Source: Octopus vulgaris (Eukaryota). Taken from it: 64,000 bases of DNA. Made by a program: the position numbers and the translations under genes. The DNA is taken from NCBI GenBank assembly GCA_951406725.2, contig OX597818.1, forward strand, positions 103,168,001 through 103,232,000, written 5' to 3'. Numbering within the stretch: the first letter of the stretch is position 1; the number at the start of each line of letters is the position of its first letter. A model generated the notes under the pieces. It was not told the DNA's origin, made no database searches, and saw only the letters and a list, made by a program, of their open reading frames with translations. This document shows positions 12,991-26,407 of the stretch, piece after piece.

Positions 12991-13765
12991 TAGCTATGCC
13001 TGTGCCAATGTGTGTGCATATATATACCATGTATGTGCATTTAGTTATATGAATATTTGAAAAACCATAGTGTTACTGAGGGAGAGAGGGCGAGAAAGAG
13101 AGAGAGAGAGAGATATACGTGTATCTGCGTGAGTTGTGTGTGTGTGTGTGTGTGTGTGTATTAGTGTTTCATATATGTAAAATAGTCAAATGCAATATTA
13201 TATACAATATGTAATATGTACACTGTTAGCGAGCAAATCTAACTACAATGTGCGTTTGAAATCATAATGAAAATAACAAGGGAAGCAATTCAATTTAAGG
13301 CATTTAAAGCTATTTTGATAATGAAGGAGATGCAGAAGAGATTATGTATGATCTTATAATTTGCGGCACGTTTCTCTTGGGGTATTGGGGTAGTAAGAGA
13401 ACTACTGCTTTGAATTTCTGATCCTTGTGTATGTATCTCTTCGTAGAGACACAGAGCGCTCAGCCGGAATTTGAGCTACGGGATTCGATTCCCTCTAAAA
13501 GATTGCTGGCCTGTTTTCCCCTGTTTTCTAAGGGCATTTACAGGATTTCTGAGCTGTTTTCACAGCCATCTTGCATTCGAGATTTCCTCTATTTCACCCC
13601 TCACTCTTTACACACACACACACACACACACAAACACATACACACACACATATACATATGCATACATTCTATTCTGCCTCCAAATTCATATTGCTGCTGT
13701 TACTACCACAGTATTTATCACACGCACACGTCACATTACACAAGCGTACATACATGTGTGTGCTT

Positions 13766-13833
<68 letters not shown>

Positions 13834-14927
13834 GTGCGTGTTTGTGTGTCCAAATTCATGTATGAATATATACATTCTTTTCACTTTAACTTCCACGAAA
13901 TTAATTCCCCCATTACTTTTTAAAACAATTTCCTTTCCTTTCTATGCCCGAAAGCGAAAATAAAATAATAAATAAGTAAATAATTAAGATTATAAAGAGA
14001 AAGTAAAAATAGACAATCTATGATCAAATAAAATATTGTGGATATTGACTGACATGATGTCAAATTCTGTTCAATAGCAAGATGTCTCAATAGGCAGCTT
14101 TTAAGACTATTCGAAACCTCGTTAATTCACCATTACTTGTGAAGTCTCTTAATTGAATCATTGACAGTTAAATGGGATAAAAACCAACTATCACAACGGG
14201 TTTTGTCTTGTTTCTTTTCGAAACTTATTTCTGTATTGTAAAGGTATTTTATTCTATAGAAACTAAAGCATATAAATTTTATCATGAAATAAAAGAAAGA
14301 AGAATAAAAAAAAATATTACAAAGTAAAACAATTACAAAAATCGCTCAAACAAATCCCCGAAAATGAAAGGAAGTAAGTAGAGAAAAAAATAATAAGATT
14401 CAACAAACTTAACAAAATATCATAATACATAATACTAGCTAGAAATATTAGTTAATGTTATCACAAGCCTGGATTTTATTTAAATGGACAGTAATACGAG
14501 TCGCTACATAAAACAAGAGAATGAACTGTTGATAGTTAATATGTTAATGGAAAACATTTATAGGTGTAAATCGTCATTATGCCCAGAGCTAAAATCTTAC
14601 ACTATAAAATATTAACATCTACATCTCTGTTGGAGATCGTTGAACACCAAATAAATGTACCACGTTGAGAAACTTTTCTGTATTCGCTCGTCGCCTGCTG
14701 TTTGGTAATGAAACATTTGTTTTTAAGAGAAATACGTATAAAGAGTTAGGCCATAAAAGTTACATGAGCATCGAAGTACACGTGATGTGAGCGTTCACAA
14801 GTTAGAACTACTTAAATAATGTTACTTTAGCCGAAAACACAGGATCATGGCAACTATTGATCTGTACATATTATATCGAAGCTGCAGTTTTAAAATAGGT
14901 CCTTGTATTTAATATATGTCTTGCGAA

Positions 14928-15465
14928 TTTTTGGCACAAGGCCAGCAATTCTGAAAGCCAAGAACTTAATAAGAACTTAATGTGATCAACTTCAGTGTAT
15001 ATATGGTATTTATTTTGTCGATTCTGAAAGGGTAACAGGTAAGGCCGGACTCAGTGGCATTTGATCTCAGAACGAAAAATCGAAGAAAATGTCGATAATC
15101 ATTTTCTCGGGCGTGCTAACGGTTCTGCCACCTCGCCGCACTAAATCGGTAATATAATATTGATTTTAAATTTGGCACAAGGCCAACAATTTTAGGGAAG
15201 GGGTTAAGTCGACTACATCAACCCCAGTGTCCAACATGTGCTTATTTTATTGACCCTGAAAGGATGAAAAGCAAAGCCGACCTCGGCGGAAGTTGAAATA
15301 AGAAAGGAAGAACGGTCGAAGTACCGCTAAACAACTTGTACCGAGGTGATAACTATTCTACCGGCTCATCGTCTAAATCTATAACATTATACTAAGATCA
15401 AGCTTTGGCACAAGGCCAGCAATTTAAAAGGGATGATGTAAATCGATTTCATTGGCTTCAGTGCT
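14928..15465 (-). mobile_element. Three older SINE group C-related copies (alternative tail)
   Basis: ttggcacaaggcca(g/a)caat occurs three times, the first two followed by a diverged Meta-like domain and head. Confidence 0.75.
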
Positions 15466-15530
15466 GCGTAACATAACATTGAAAAATCAAACATTTACAT
15501 AATTTTCAAGTTACAAATTATCTATTACTA

Positions 15531-15559
15531 TTGGGTTGTCCGGAAAGTTTGTGCCGAGT
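15531..15559 (+). mobile_element. Mariner TIR truncated by assembly gap
   Basis: TA + ttgggttgtccggaaagtttgtgccga matches the TIR at 42101. Confidence 0.8.
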
Positions 15560-15659
15560 NNNNNNNNNNNNNNNNNNNNNNNNNNNNNNNNNNNNNNNNN
15601 NNNNNNNNNNNNNNNNNNNNNNNNNNNNNNNNNNNNNNNNNNNNNNNNNNNNNNNNNNN
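15560..15659. other. Assembly gap (100 N)
   Basis: Run of n. Confidence 1.
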
Positions 15660-16739
15660 AGGAAATGGATTGCAAAGGACGGTAGAAATGCAATGGAATG
15701 CTATTACATAATCGAATCTACCAGAATAGCGGAAAAAGATGCATACAATTTAGACAGAAAATGACTTATACTCTATCATACACCAAAGACTTTCCGAACA
15801 AAGCAATTTAATTGTGAAAAGGCAGTGGTTATATCTAATAAAACTGGAAGAGGTCCCAGCAATAGTGCAAGTGTGTGGACATGACTACACTGAACATGAA
15901 GATGAAAAAGCAGACCAAGACCAGAAATTGAGAGACCAATATATTTCTCCAAAACAAACAGTTACCCTGATGAAGTTAAATTTTATTGTGGAGAGAGAAA
16001 CATTTACAGAAAGGAAAGACTATTACTATACCTGAATGAGACATGAAATAACGAAAGCAGGAGGCTATACGCTCTGGGAAGAATTGAAAGAGGAGGACGA
16101 TATGAAATAGAGAAAAAGCTGGATGAACATTCAACGAAAATTAAGGATATAACAGACCTAAACGATTTTATATTCTGAGCAGGTTCTGTCTCTGCGCAAA
16201 TAGGAAAGAAAAAGCAAGGGAGAAACTCGATGGTGGAAACGAAGGCATGGTAGTCAAATTGAACAGCAAATAGAGATCGTGGTTTCGATAAACACCATAA
16301 TAGAGAACAATTGCAAAGGAAACAATACAGAGAGAAATGATTGCAAACAGAAAAAAAGAGCTAAAACAGAATATCAAAGCACTGTCGGAAAATAAAACTT
16401 TAAAAAAAAACTATAGCAACAGAGAACAAATCAGTACGTGAAGAACAGACCCTTCAAAAACACCGAAAGAAAATAATTCTATAAACAACTGAGCAATAAA
16501 TAAGAGCACTATGGAAATGATAAACTAGATGCTGAAGGAGCAAGAAAATTCTGGCAAGAAATCTGGAGCAAAGAAGTCTAAGATGATATAAAGGCAGATT
16601 AGGTTGAGGAGTTTAAAAGATACGTTGAAGATAAAGAGACACAAGATAATATAACAATCATGAATGAGAAAGACAAAGAGATGATTAAGAAAATACCAAA
16701 CTGAAAAGCACTCAGCTCTCCCAAGTATACACAGTGTTT

Positions 16740-16953
16740 TTATTCTTTTATTCTTTTATTTCTTTCAGTCATTTGACTGCAGCCATCCTGGAGCACCGTA
16801 TATAGTCGACCAAATCAACCCCAGGATTTATTCTTTCTCAGGCTAGTACTTATTCTATCGGTCTCTCTTGCCGAACCGCTACATGATGGGGGCGTAAACA
16901 CACCAACATCGGTTGTCAAGCGATGTTTGGGGGACAAACACAGACACACAAAC

Positions 16954-17028
<75 letters not shown>

Positions 17029-17190
17029 CGACGGGCGTCTTTCAGTTTCCGTCTAACAAATCCACTCACAAGGCTTTGGTGGGCCCGAGGCTATAGTAGA
17101 AGACACTTGCCCAAGCTGCCACGCAGTGGGACTGAACCCAGAACAATGTGGTTGGTAAGCAAGCTACTTACCACACAGCCACTCCTGTGC
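16740..17190 (-). mobile_element. SINE group B, full length, with internal (TA)n
   Basis: Closely similar to the reverse complement of 18475-18925. Confidence 0.92.
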
Positions 17191-17910
17191 TTATAGCAAC
17201 AGAGAACAGTGCTGATACAAAAAGACAAAATAATAAAAAAAAAAAAAGATGGGTCGTCAGTAATTATACAATATTACTTGCTTACCATTATTTTGGAAAC
17301 TATTAACTGTCCTCATAGCAGATGAAACGTATAATTTTCTGGAAAAGGAGAACCTACTGTCAAAAGAGCAAAAAGCATTATAAGATGAAATCGAGAGTAC
17401 TTCTGATATGCTATTAAATGAGGTACTAGGAAGGAGGAAGAATTTAGCTTTTGGATGGATAGATTATAGGAAGGCCTACGACAGCGTCCCAGACGTCTGG
17501 CTTTTGAAATGCCTGAGAACGAGCAGAATCAATGTAAAGATAAACACCTTGTTTGGAGAAAGTAGTGGGAGAATGGGAAGGAGAACTCATGTGTAAATTA
17601 ATCGCTAGGTAACGCGAAAATACGCGGGGCATTTCCCAGGGAGATTTGCTCTCCCCGATAATCTTCATCATTGTACTAATCCCTCTGACAAATATACTAA
17701 GAAAATCTAGCTTTCCTAACGTGTTTACCAAAACCTATTTTATAAGGATGACCTCAAGAAACATACAATAAATGAGAGAGAGCGTGATTCTCTAATTCAA
17801 ACATTGAGAATATTCCGCAAAGACATTGGAATGCAATATGAGGAATATAGTTGCGTAGTAATAACTATGAATATAGGTTGGAAGATACAGTCTGATGGAA
17901 TTAAATTACC

Positions 17911-18141
17911 TATTTCTTTACTACATACAAGGGGCTAAATACAGAGGGGACAAACAAGGACAGACAAACGGATTAAGTCGATTATATCGACCCCAGTACG
18001 TAACTGGTACTTAATTTATCGACCCCGAAAGGATGAAAGGCAAAGTCGGCCTCGGCGGAATTTGAACTCAGAATGTAACGGCAGACGAAATACCGCTAAG
18101 CATTTCGCCTAGCCTGCTAATGGTTCTGCCAGCTCGCCGCC
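17911..18141 (-). mobile_element. SINE group C monomer
   Basis: Complete head and tail; 10-bp TSD ttaaattacc (17901-17910 / 18142-18151). Confidence 0.93.
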
Positions 18142-18474
18142 TTAAATTACCACAAGACATGGAATTAAATTACCACAAGACAACATCATTCAATCGCTAT
18201 GGAATACTACTACAAGAGGATGTGATAATAGACAGAGAAAGTATCAAAACTCACCTACCAAGGTAGCTCAAAAAGACTGACTGGAACAACACCTACAAAA
18301 ATCATCATTACTTGAAGAGTAGGAACTTCCCGCTAGGTTCTTGAAGCATGGTTAATAAACAAGTGTTACGTTAGTCTGCTCACTGTTGGCAGTTAATACT
18401 TTCCATCATATCTAGCAAAATAAACTGAGAGTTTTCATGAAATAATTATAGGAATAATAACAAAAACTACTCGA

Positions 18475-18637
18475 CACAGGAGTAGCTGTGTGGTTAGTAG
18501 CTTCCTAACCAACCATATGGTTCTGGGTTCAGTCCCACTGCGTGACAAGTTGGGCAAGTTTCTTCTACTATAGCCTCGGGCCCACCAAATCCTTGTGAGT
18601 GAATTTGGTAGACAGAAACTGAAAGAAGCCCGTCGTA

Positions 18638-18707
<70 letters not shown>

Positions 18708-18925
18708 TGTTCTGTGTTTGTCCCCCAACATCGCTTGACGACCGATGCTGGTGTGTTTACGTCCCCGTAACTTAGCAGTTCGGCAAAAGAGAGCGATGGA
18801 ATAAGTACTAGACTTACAAAGAATAAGTCCTGGGGCCGATTTGCTCGATTAGAGGCGGTGCTCCAGCATGGCCGCAGTCAAATGACTGAAACAAGTAAAA
18901 GAGTAAAGAGTAAAGAGTAAAAGAG
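18475..18925 (+). mobile_element. SINE group B, full length, with internal (TA)n(TG)n
   Basis: A box tagctgtgtgg, B box ggttcagtcc, tail ctccagcatggccgcagtcaaatgactgaaacaag followed by agagtaa repeats. Confidence 0.92.
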
Positions 18926-18942
18926 TAGATCAACATCATTTA

Positions 18943-19320
18943 AGCAGCCATTGTTGTTAAGGGCCACCAGGAAATGGATAAAACTTTCTATTAAAGTATC
19001 AGCTCCAACACACAACAATCTATCTCTAAAGCAAATAGAAAATTCCAGAAGTATAAAAGAATCTGGAAATAGATCAGTGGAATACGAACAGCCTAACAAG
19101 AGACAGCTTCATTGGGAATAATGGATATATGATATATAATACAACATAACCTAACTCTCTGGTCTTATAGCTATACACAATTTGAGAAATAGCACTAGTT
19201 GGCACTGAACAAACATTAATTATAATAAGTTTAATACAAATACAAACGCAAAACAAAACCAAAACAATGCTTGTATGCTCAAACATTGTGCTTGGTTGTG
19301 CAGTGAAAGTACGCAATGAA
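18943..19320 (+). pseudogene. Possible decayed P-loop ATPase (A32-like packaging ATPase?)
   Basis: AIVVK/GPPGNG/KTFY Walker A reconstructed across two 1-nt frameshifts (18948-18991); later VSAPTHNN and GTEQTLIII. Confidence 0.3.
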
Positions 19321-20300
19321 ACTACGACTTCTGAAAAAATATATATAAAGCAGTTAGATTTTCTCCATAGACTTTATTTATTTGCTTATTGCAATTTAAT
19401 TAAGCATTGCTGAATTTGGAACGGAATATGTCGGATTCCAAACGACTGGAGAATGGTTAAAAAAGAAAATTAATGCTGACGTTTAGCAATGTAAGAATTT
19501 ACAATCTTCACACGCACGAACACAAATACTCTCTCACATAATCATACACAGATACACATACATACACACACGTATGCGTGCACACAGATACAAATACAAC
19601 AAATGTGTATGCACAGTTACATACATAAAGACTTACGTATACATGGATATATATTATATATATTATATATATTATATATATTATATATAGATAACTGGTG
19701 GAAAAGAAACGGAAAATGAGATAAAGGAAACCGTACAAGACAAGAAATGTCAGGTAGATTGATAAAGAGAGGAAAAGTGAAGGAGGAAGATTTAGAGGGA
19801 AGAGGGAGAGATGGGGAGAGAAAAAGAGAGTGACAAAGATTGTAAGATAGAGATTGAGAGACTAGAGAAGTAGAGAGAGAGAGAGATAGAGAGAGAAGGG
19901 GAGAAAGGGGAAGGTGTGAGAGAGAGAAAGAGAGAGGGAGAGAGACTATGATAGGAAGCTTTCAGTTGATTCGCAGAAAGGTATTCCATTATTCAGAGAA
20001 AAGATTCTGAATTTCATAAAGGAAATCAAAGTTTACAGTCATATGTATGGGTGCATGTATGCATGAAAATATGTATGCAAGCAGGTATGTATATATATAT
20101 ATATATATTTATATGTGTGTGTATGTGTGTGTGTGTGTGTGTGTATGTGTGTGTTGTTAGTAGCTTTGGGGAGATATTGCAGAGTTGTTTTACTCGGTCA
20201 AAGTCGACTTACCACATGTATGTATGAATGTATATATGGGTATAGTCATATATGTATGTGTGTATATATATTCATATATTTACATACATATATGCGTATA

Positions 20301-20517
20301 CGAGGTGCGTTCAAAAAGCATCCGAGGTACGGCATCCACCTCCACCATGGAAAACCCCCCTTCCCTTACTGCCGTCTGCACTCCCACCACGAAGCTGATG
20401 CCCGTCGATGTACAACTGCTAGCAACTCAACAAACACTTGGCAGCCAACACAACTCCCCTTACACTGATGGCTCGACTAGTGAAGGCACTATCAACGGCA
20501 GCGCCGGTGTTCTATAG
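20301..20517 (+). mobile_element. Mariner-like TIR fused to a retroelement RNase H fragment
   Basis: TA-cgaggtgcgttcaaaaagcatccga followed by a GC-rich frame ending YTDGSTSEGTINGSAGVL (RNase H YTDGS..GAG-like motif). Confidence 0.55.
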
Positions 20518-20534
20518 AATGTCTGTACATTAAT

Positions 20535-22080
20535 AGTTATGCCTAGAAATCACTTTCTCACGTTTACTAGGCTTACATAAAAAGAAACACCTATGTTTCA
20601 TAAGAAAAAACTCAACTCGAGGAACTTTACATCTCATACACAATAAGCGATATATATAGGAAAAGACTCGCCTCTAACTATTGAAAAATAGTTACACAGT
20701 AACAGTAATGAAATAGGTTTATTATTATTTGTAATAAGAACAGAGCCAAATTCGCCCAAGAAGATATAACAGACATGTACACTGCATAAATCCTAACTTC
20801 ACAAATTAATGCCCATTCTTGCATTGAATTTCGATAAAAACTAAAATACGAAGAATTCAGAAATATAGTGACTTTATTCCACGTGCAAAGATATCTACCG
20901 ATAACAGCAAATCTGTTCTAGGATTCGTACTTGACGAGAAGATGTGTGCTCATCATAGCGCAGAAATATAAAGAAAACAGGAAATTAAATCCTATTCACT
21001 TTATTCTGATTCACCGATATAGCTTTTTTTAATCGATTGCCTTCGATTACATATTAATGGCTAATTAGAAACGAACGCGCCACGTACAGTAGATATAGAT
21101 TCAAAAATACCAACACTGATAACATCTTCATACGTAAATTAAACATCGCAACCAAACTCGCTACAGTAGAGATCTAACACAATACCTTGTTTCTACCGTC
21201 GAACTCCAAAGCCATTTAGAAATTCAGCTTAGTAACTACAGTATATTTATAAATCTCCTTTAAACGAACTGTTATAATGAAAACCTTGTGAATACAATTC
21301 CCAGCAGAATATCCATGTTTTCGTTGAACAAGGAAATATTCGGTAGAGCATTGCCATACTGTACCAGAGACATCGAAACCAATTTACCCAAAAGAGATTT
21401 TACAATATGCTAATCATAGTCAACAATAAACTACAAACAGAAAGTGCTATACAAAATGACTTATAAGTTCATTTTCACTAATAAAGCAACCTGATTTCAC
21501 TGATAATGAAATATTTCCAATGGAGAGCAATGCAATTCTAATAATTCTAGTTACCGTTCAAGTGCGGTAATCGATGATAATTCTACCAACTGCAAATTTT
21601 GACTATACTTATACAAATTATGATTACGTGGAGGCACATAGCCTAGTGGGAGAGTAGCGGACTCGCGGTCGAGGGATCGCGGGTTCGAATCTCAGACCAG
21701 GCGATGTGTGCGTTTGTGAGCGAAATACCTAAGCTCCACGGGGCTCTGGCAGAAGGTCATGTCGAACTTCTGCTGACTCTTTAGCCACAACTTTCTCTCA
21801 CTCTTTCCACCTGCTCCTTGCAGCTCACCTGCGACGGACCGGTGTCCCGTCCAGGTGGAGAACCTATATGCCAAGGAAACTGGGAAACCGGCACTTATGA
21901 GCCAGGCATGGCTAGAGAAGGAACGAAAAAATTATGATTACAACCACAAGCAATAATGTACAAAACCGAAACTATTTTGATTGAAGATATTCCCAATACA
22001 AAAATAGAGATATATAGATTCAAGGCGTAGAAAAAAACCCAAAAGAATTAACCCTCTACCCGCACAAAGCATTTTCATAA
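20535..22080 (+). pseudogene. Decayed Polinton/Maverick-like penton (minor capsid)-like coding remnants
   Basis: A/C-biased coding-like strand; fragments SRLLGL, KSVLGF..YSDSPI*LFLIDCLRLHING, NENLVNTIPSRISMFSLNKEIFG..LIIVNNK resemble penton motifs as I recall them. No search was run. Confidence 0.35.
21628..21928 (+). mobile_element. tRNA-derived SINE (group A relative)
   Basis: tagcctagtgg A box, ggttcgaatc B box; 3' part similar to group A; 13-bp TSD aaattatgattac (21615-21627 / 21929-21941). Confidence 0.9.
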
Positions 22081-22561
22081 GTTTGCCCTAAACGTCCATG
22101 TATGTTTTTAAGTTTAATTAGCTCTTGTTTCATGCGTTCTGAATAATATAAAGCTTCCCCTTCTTAAGTCTCCAATTACTCATGTCGTTCAAAATGAATT
22201 GAGAATATGCATCATATATAACGCTAAGACGCCAGGGAAATATGTCCTGTGTATCACATACCATAAAAAAAGTAGGAGGTCACAAAACCATCAAGTTGTG
22301 TAAAAAGTTAAATGCTAGTTGCAGTTACAGCATCATGTAGAGGAGACTAATTGGTCTTTTCCTGCACGATATATTTTCAGCGTTGACCTTTACAGCATCG
22401 AAGGCTCGGGATTCTCCTTTTAGTAAGAGAATGCGTCATCACGAGATCATAATATGTAGCTGGTATTTGTAATCTGCTTCTGAAATTTTAAAGGCAATGA
22501 TGACAACGGCGTGTTTTCAACAAAAGTATATAATCACAATATTGATTAATATAATTAGCTT

Positions 22562-22614
<53 letters not shown>

Positions 22615-22627
22615 GTTCGTATTGAGA

Positions 22628-22952
22628 TAAGGCGCGTAGCTTAGTGGTTAGTGCATTCGGCTCACGATTGTAAGGTCGTCAGTTCAATTCCCGAGGACGC
22701 GTTGTGTCCTTGAGCTAGACACTTTATTTCCCGTTGCTCCAGTCCACCCAGCTGGCAAAGGTGAGTTGTATCTGTATTTCAAAGGGCCGACTTTGTCATA
22801 AACTGTGTCACGATAAATCTCACTGAGAACTACGTTATGGGTACACGTGTCTGTGGATTGCTCAGTCACTTGCACGTTAGTTTCACGAGCAAGCTGTTTC
22901 ATTGATCGTATCAGCTGGGACCCTCTTCGTCGTAACCGACGGAGTGCTCCTT
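22628..22952 (+). mobile_element. CORE-like tRNA SINE with alternative 3' half
   Basis: Group A-like head and CORE block, then a different tail ending cgtaaccgacggagtgctcc. Confidence 0.85.
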
Positions 22953-23289
22953 AAGAATTTGTTTAAAAAAAAACGCAATAATGAAATAAAATTTTAAAAC
23001 TACTATATTATGAGACGCTGCTTAAACTAAATTATTTTTATTTAACTTTATTTCAGTAAAATTTATATTTGCTAAATTATTGATACTTTTATCACTTGGC
23101 TAAGGTAGAACTTTCTCGAACAATTTTTGTTCGTTTTCGTCTCATTCTCTTTGAGGAAACACGCTATTATACATAGAAATAGCAAATAGTTAAGATCTGA
23201 TAAGCTGGGCAAGATTAGAAATTATTGTATCTATTTCATATGGCGTTTCTCTATTTGTCATTTGGCGTTTCTCTATTTGTCAACAACAC

Positions 23290-23885
23290 GATTCACAAGG
23301 AATCAAATGAAAATAAATCCCGGAGCAGGAAAAGGAGAAAGAATCTCACGATATACAACTGAGTCAAATCAGCAATCATGCAAAACGTCTGAAACAGAAA
23401 TAAATCAGAATTGGGTACTTAATCGTTTCAAAAGCTTTCTTTACAAATAAATTAACTCTGTCAGGCAACTTCCGGAAAGACATACGAAATGTTACGATAA
23501 AGCGAAAAATGATATTTCTCCACAAATGATGGTTATAAACCTGTCAAACCTAGATTCGGATAACTTTAGCTGAATACGAAAATATTAAAAATTACCTTAG
23601 GACGAATATGATATAGAACATCATCTCTGCTTAGATACACATACAGTATTGCGTTACAGACATAACCGCAACATAATCCAGGCTTACAATAACAAGTGTA
23701 ACTTACAAAACGTTAGTAACAGAACTATCATGCAATTCGGAAGAAAATCTAAAATGTACTATTACAGTTACAAAATATGCAGGCTCTGAGAAGTAAACAC
23801 CTCTCATTATATAAATTAATGACGTATTAGCGATATTAAACTGCCCAAAATTTACATGGATATAAGAAGTATCAACAGTCTATAG
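23290..23885 (+). pseudogene. Decayed Polinton/Maverick-like major capsid protein-like remnant
   Basis: Colinear fragments across frames: MKINPGAGKGERIS..INQNWVLNRF, LIVSKAFFTNKLTLSGN..RNVT, NLDSDN, RTNMI*NIIS, IIQAYNNKC, EENLKCTIT. Match is from memory of Polinton-type MCP N-terminal halves. Confidence 0.4.
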
Positions 23886-23915
23886 AACTATACACATAGT
23901 ATCGTACACACACAC

Positions 23916-24010
<95 letters not shown>

Positions 24011-24014
24011 TATA

Positions 24015-24303
24015 TAAAAGGATAGATCGTTATTTAAAATACCGATCATATCAAGTGGCTAGCATGAGAACAAAAACGTCATAGGTAATAATTATTATCG
24101 AAATTATAATTAAGGGTATATAAGATACCACCATGCTAAATATCCGGGATCTGGAATTATACATTAATTTTTTGCTAGTTTATTTTGTCTCTTTGTCTTC
24201 TCTCCTGGTACTATATGAACATTTAATGTGGTTTTAGAGTCAAGTTTTGGCTGCTATATCTAGCATGGTGGTATCTTAGTTACCCTTAATTATAATTTTA
24301 ACT
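24015..24303. mobile_element. Microsatellite-anchored hairpin element
   Basis: Inverted arms 24101-24138 / 24261-24298; motif tttggctgctatatctagca; TA-rich repeats on both sides. Confidence 0.6.
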
Positions 24304-24339
24304 TGTATGTATATATATATATGTAAATATATACATATT

Positions 24340-24552
24340 CTCTTATTATTTTATTGTTTTAGTCATTTGACTGCAGCCATGCTGGAGTACCACATTTAGT
24401 CAAACAAACCGACCCCAGGACTTATTCTTTCAAAACCTGGTACTTATTCCATCGGTTTCTATGCCGAACCGCTATGTTACGGAGACATAGATACACCAGC
24501 ATCGGCTGTCAAGCGAGGTTAGGGGTGGGGGACGAACACACACAGACACTCG

Positions 24553-24594
<42 letters not shown>

Positions 24595-24780
24595 CGTGTG
24601 TTTATGTTTATATATAGAACGTTCTAATTTCAATTTCCTACTACCAATTTCACTAACAAAGATTTGGTTGGTTCGGGGCTATAGTAGAAAACACATGCCG
24701 AAGGTGCCACGCAGTGGGACTGAGCCCGCAACCGTGTGGTTGTTAAGCAAGCTACTTACCACACAGTCACTACTGCGCCG
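24340..24780 (-). mobile_element. SINE group B
   Basis: Full-length match with internal microsatellite. Confidence 0.9.
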
Positions 24781-24895
24781 ATAGCTATCTATCTATCTAA
24801 CTATCTATTTATCAATCTACCTGTCTATCTATCTATCTATCCATCTATCTATCTTTATATCTATCTATCTATCTATATATATATATATATATATA

Positions 24896-24926
<31 letters not shown>

Positions 24927-24978
24927 TACATATATACATATCCTCACATATATATATATATATATATATACATACAGA

Positions 24979-25025
<47 letters not shown>

Positions 25026-25060
25026 CATAAATATGTATATGTTTATATAAATGTTAGTAC

Positions 25061-25092
<32 letters not shown>

Positions 25093-25471
25093 GAATATGC
25101 GTGTATATGTATATATATATATGTGTGTGTGCGCGTGTATACGTGCGTGTATGCTTATGCATGTACGTATGCATGGATGTATTACTAGTGATACAAAGCA
25201 GAAAGTGTCACGGTATATACTAGAGAACGGGCTTCATTTGTAGGCAAATAAGAAATGACAGAGGCTAATATGTAATGTCTAGCAGAGAAGCACGAATGTG
25301 TCAGCAAGTGGTAGCAAAGCGATATTGAAAACTTTATATTAAGATTGAAGCGGAAGTCCGAATATCAAAAGAAATCATAGGACAGAATGTGAAAATCTTG
25401 TCTCAGTGAATCTGGTAGTTAAACGTGAAAGCCATAAATTATATAATATATATATGTACATATATATATAT

Positions 25472-25532
<61 letters not shown>

Positions 25533-25534
25533 TG

Positions 25535-25575
<41 letters not shown>

Positions 25576-25659
25576 TTAAATGAGAATACAGTAGAATTTG
25601 CTGAGACACCTAGACTTTCGTACCGGAATGTTTCAAACTGAGCTGTAAGATGATGAAAT

Positions 25660-25695
25660 CACTACTACTACTACTACTACTACTACTAGCATTGC

Positions 25696-25731
<36 letters not shown>

Positions 25732-25775
25732 TGATGATGAAAATAATAATAATAGTAGTAATAATAATGATGATG
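25660..25775. repeat. Compound trinucleotide microsatellite (CTA/ATA/ATG)
   Basis: Direct reading. Confidence 0.9.
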
Positions 25776-26081
25776 ACAATAAAACGAAATGTATATCTAA
25801 AGTGTTGTCGTGAGTTTCCTTGGAATGCTCTACAAATTTCCGTTAATGTCCGGTAATTTTAGTGCATGAATTTCAAATCCCTTTAATACACTGGAAAGTG
25901 AACCAGAAATATGTTATATGTGCAGATAGACAAAATTTACTTACACAAAGAGATGTGTACATATCGTGTATGTATATGCGCATGTATGTATGTATGTATG
26001 TATGTGTGTATGTATGCATGTATGTATGTATATATATGTATACATATATAAATACGCATATATACATACAAACACACACAT

Positions 26082-26139
<58 letters not shown>

Positions 26140-26141
<2 letters not shown>

Positions 26142-26344
26142 AATGTGACCGCGTGTGTACCGTTGGCGATTTTTTTCCTCTGTCTTCCCTTCTCTGGATA
26201 TTTCCTTCCCCTATGTTTCCGACGAAGAGCTCCGCTCGAAACGTTAAACCCTCCTTCTTTCCTTCTTTCCTGAGCGTCCAATAATACTATATTTGTTCCA
26301 CGTCCTCGCATTGTTGTGTTTTTTGTGCCTACTTGTTTGGATTA

Positions 26345-26348
<4 letters not shown>
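26140..26348 (+). mobile_element. Penelope-like terminal fragment inserted in (TA)n
   Basis: Contains the hammerhead motif at 26215-26249; downstream tcctgagcgt..taatac is shared with the 10400 element. Confidence 0.65.
26215..26249 (+). ncRNA. Minimal type I hammerhead ribozyme (one core substitution)
   Basis: gttt CCGACGA A GAGC tcc GCTC GAAAC GTT aaac: stem I gttt/aaac, stem II GAGC/GCTC, palindromic ACGT in place of stem III. Confidence 0.7.

Positions 26349-26407
<59 letters not shown>

Larger units (their letters stand above)
15660..18460 (+). mobile_element. Decayed R4/Dong-like non-LTR retrotransposon, interrupted by two SINEs
   Basis: PN*KA, RTVLIQKD, ITCLPLFWKLLT, NLAFGWIDYRKAYDSVP, RGISQGDLLSPIIFIIVLIPLT, LFYKDDLK, LRIFRKDIGM, C-terminal LQKSSLL; many stops and deletions. 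Confidence 0.85.

Noticed and set aside
21628-21705. tRNA gene
   Set aside because: A and B boxes are present, but the sequence continues into a SINE body with a TSD; the same holds for the other tRNA-like heads.
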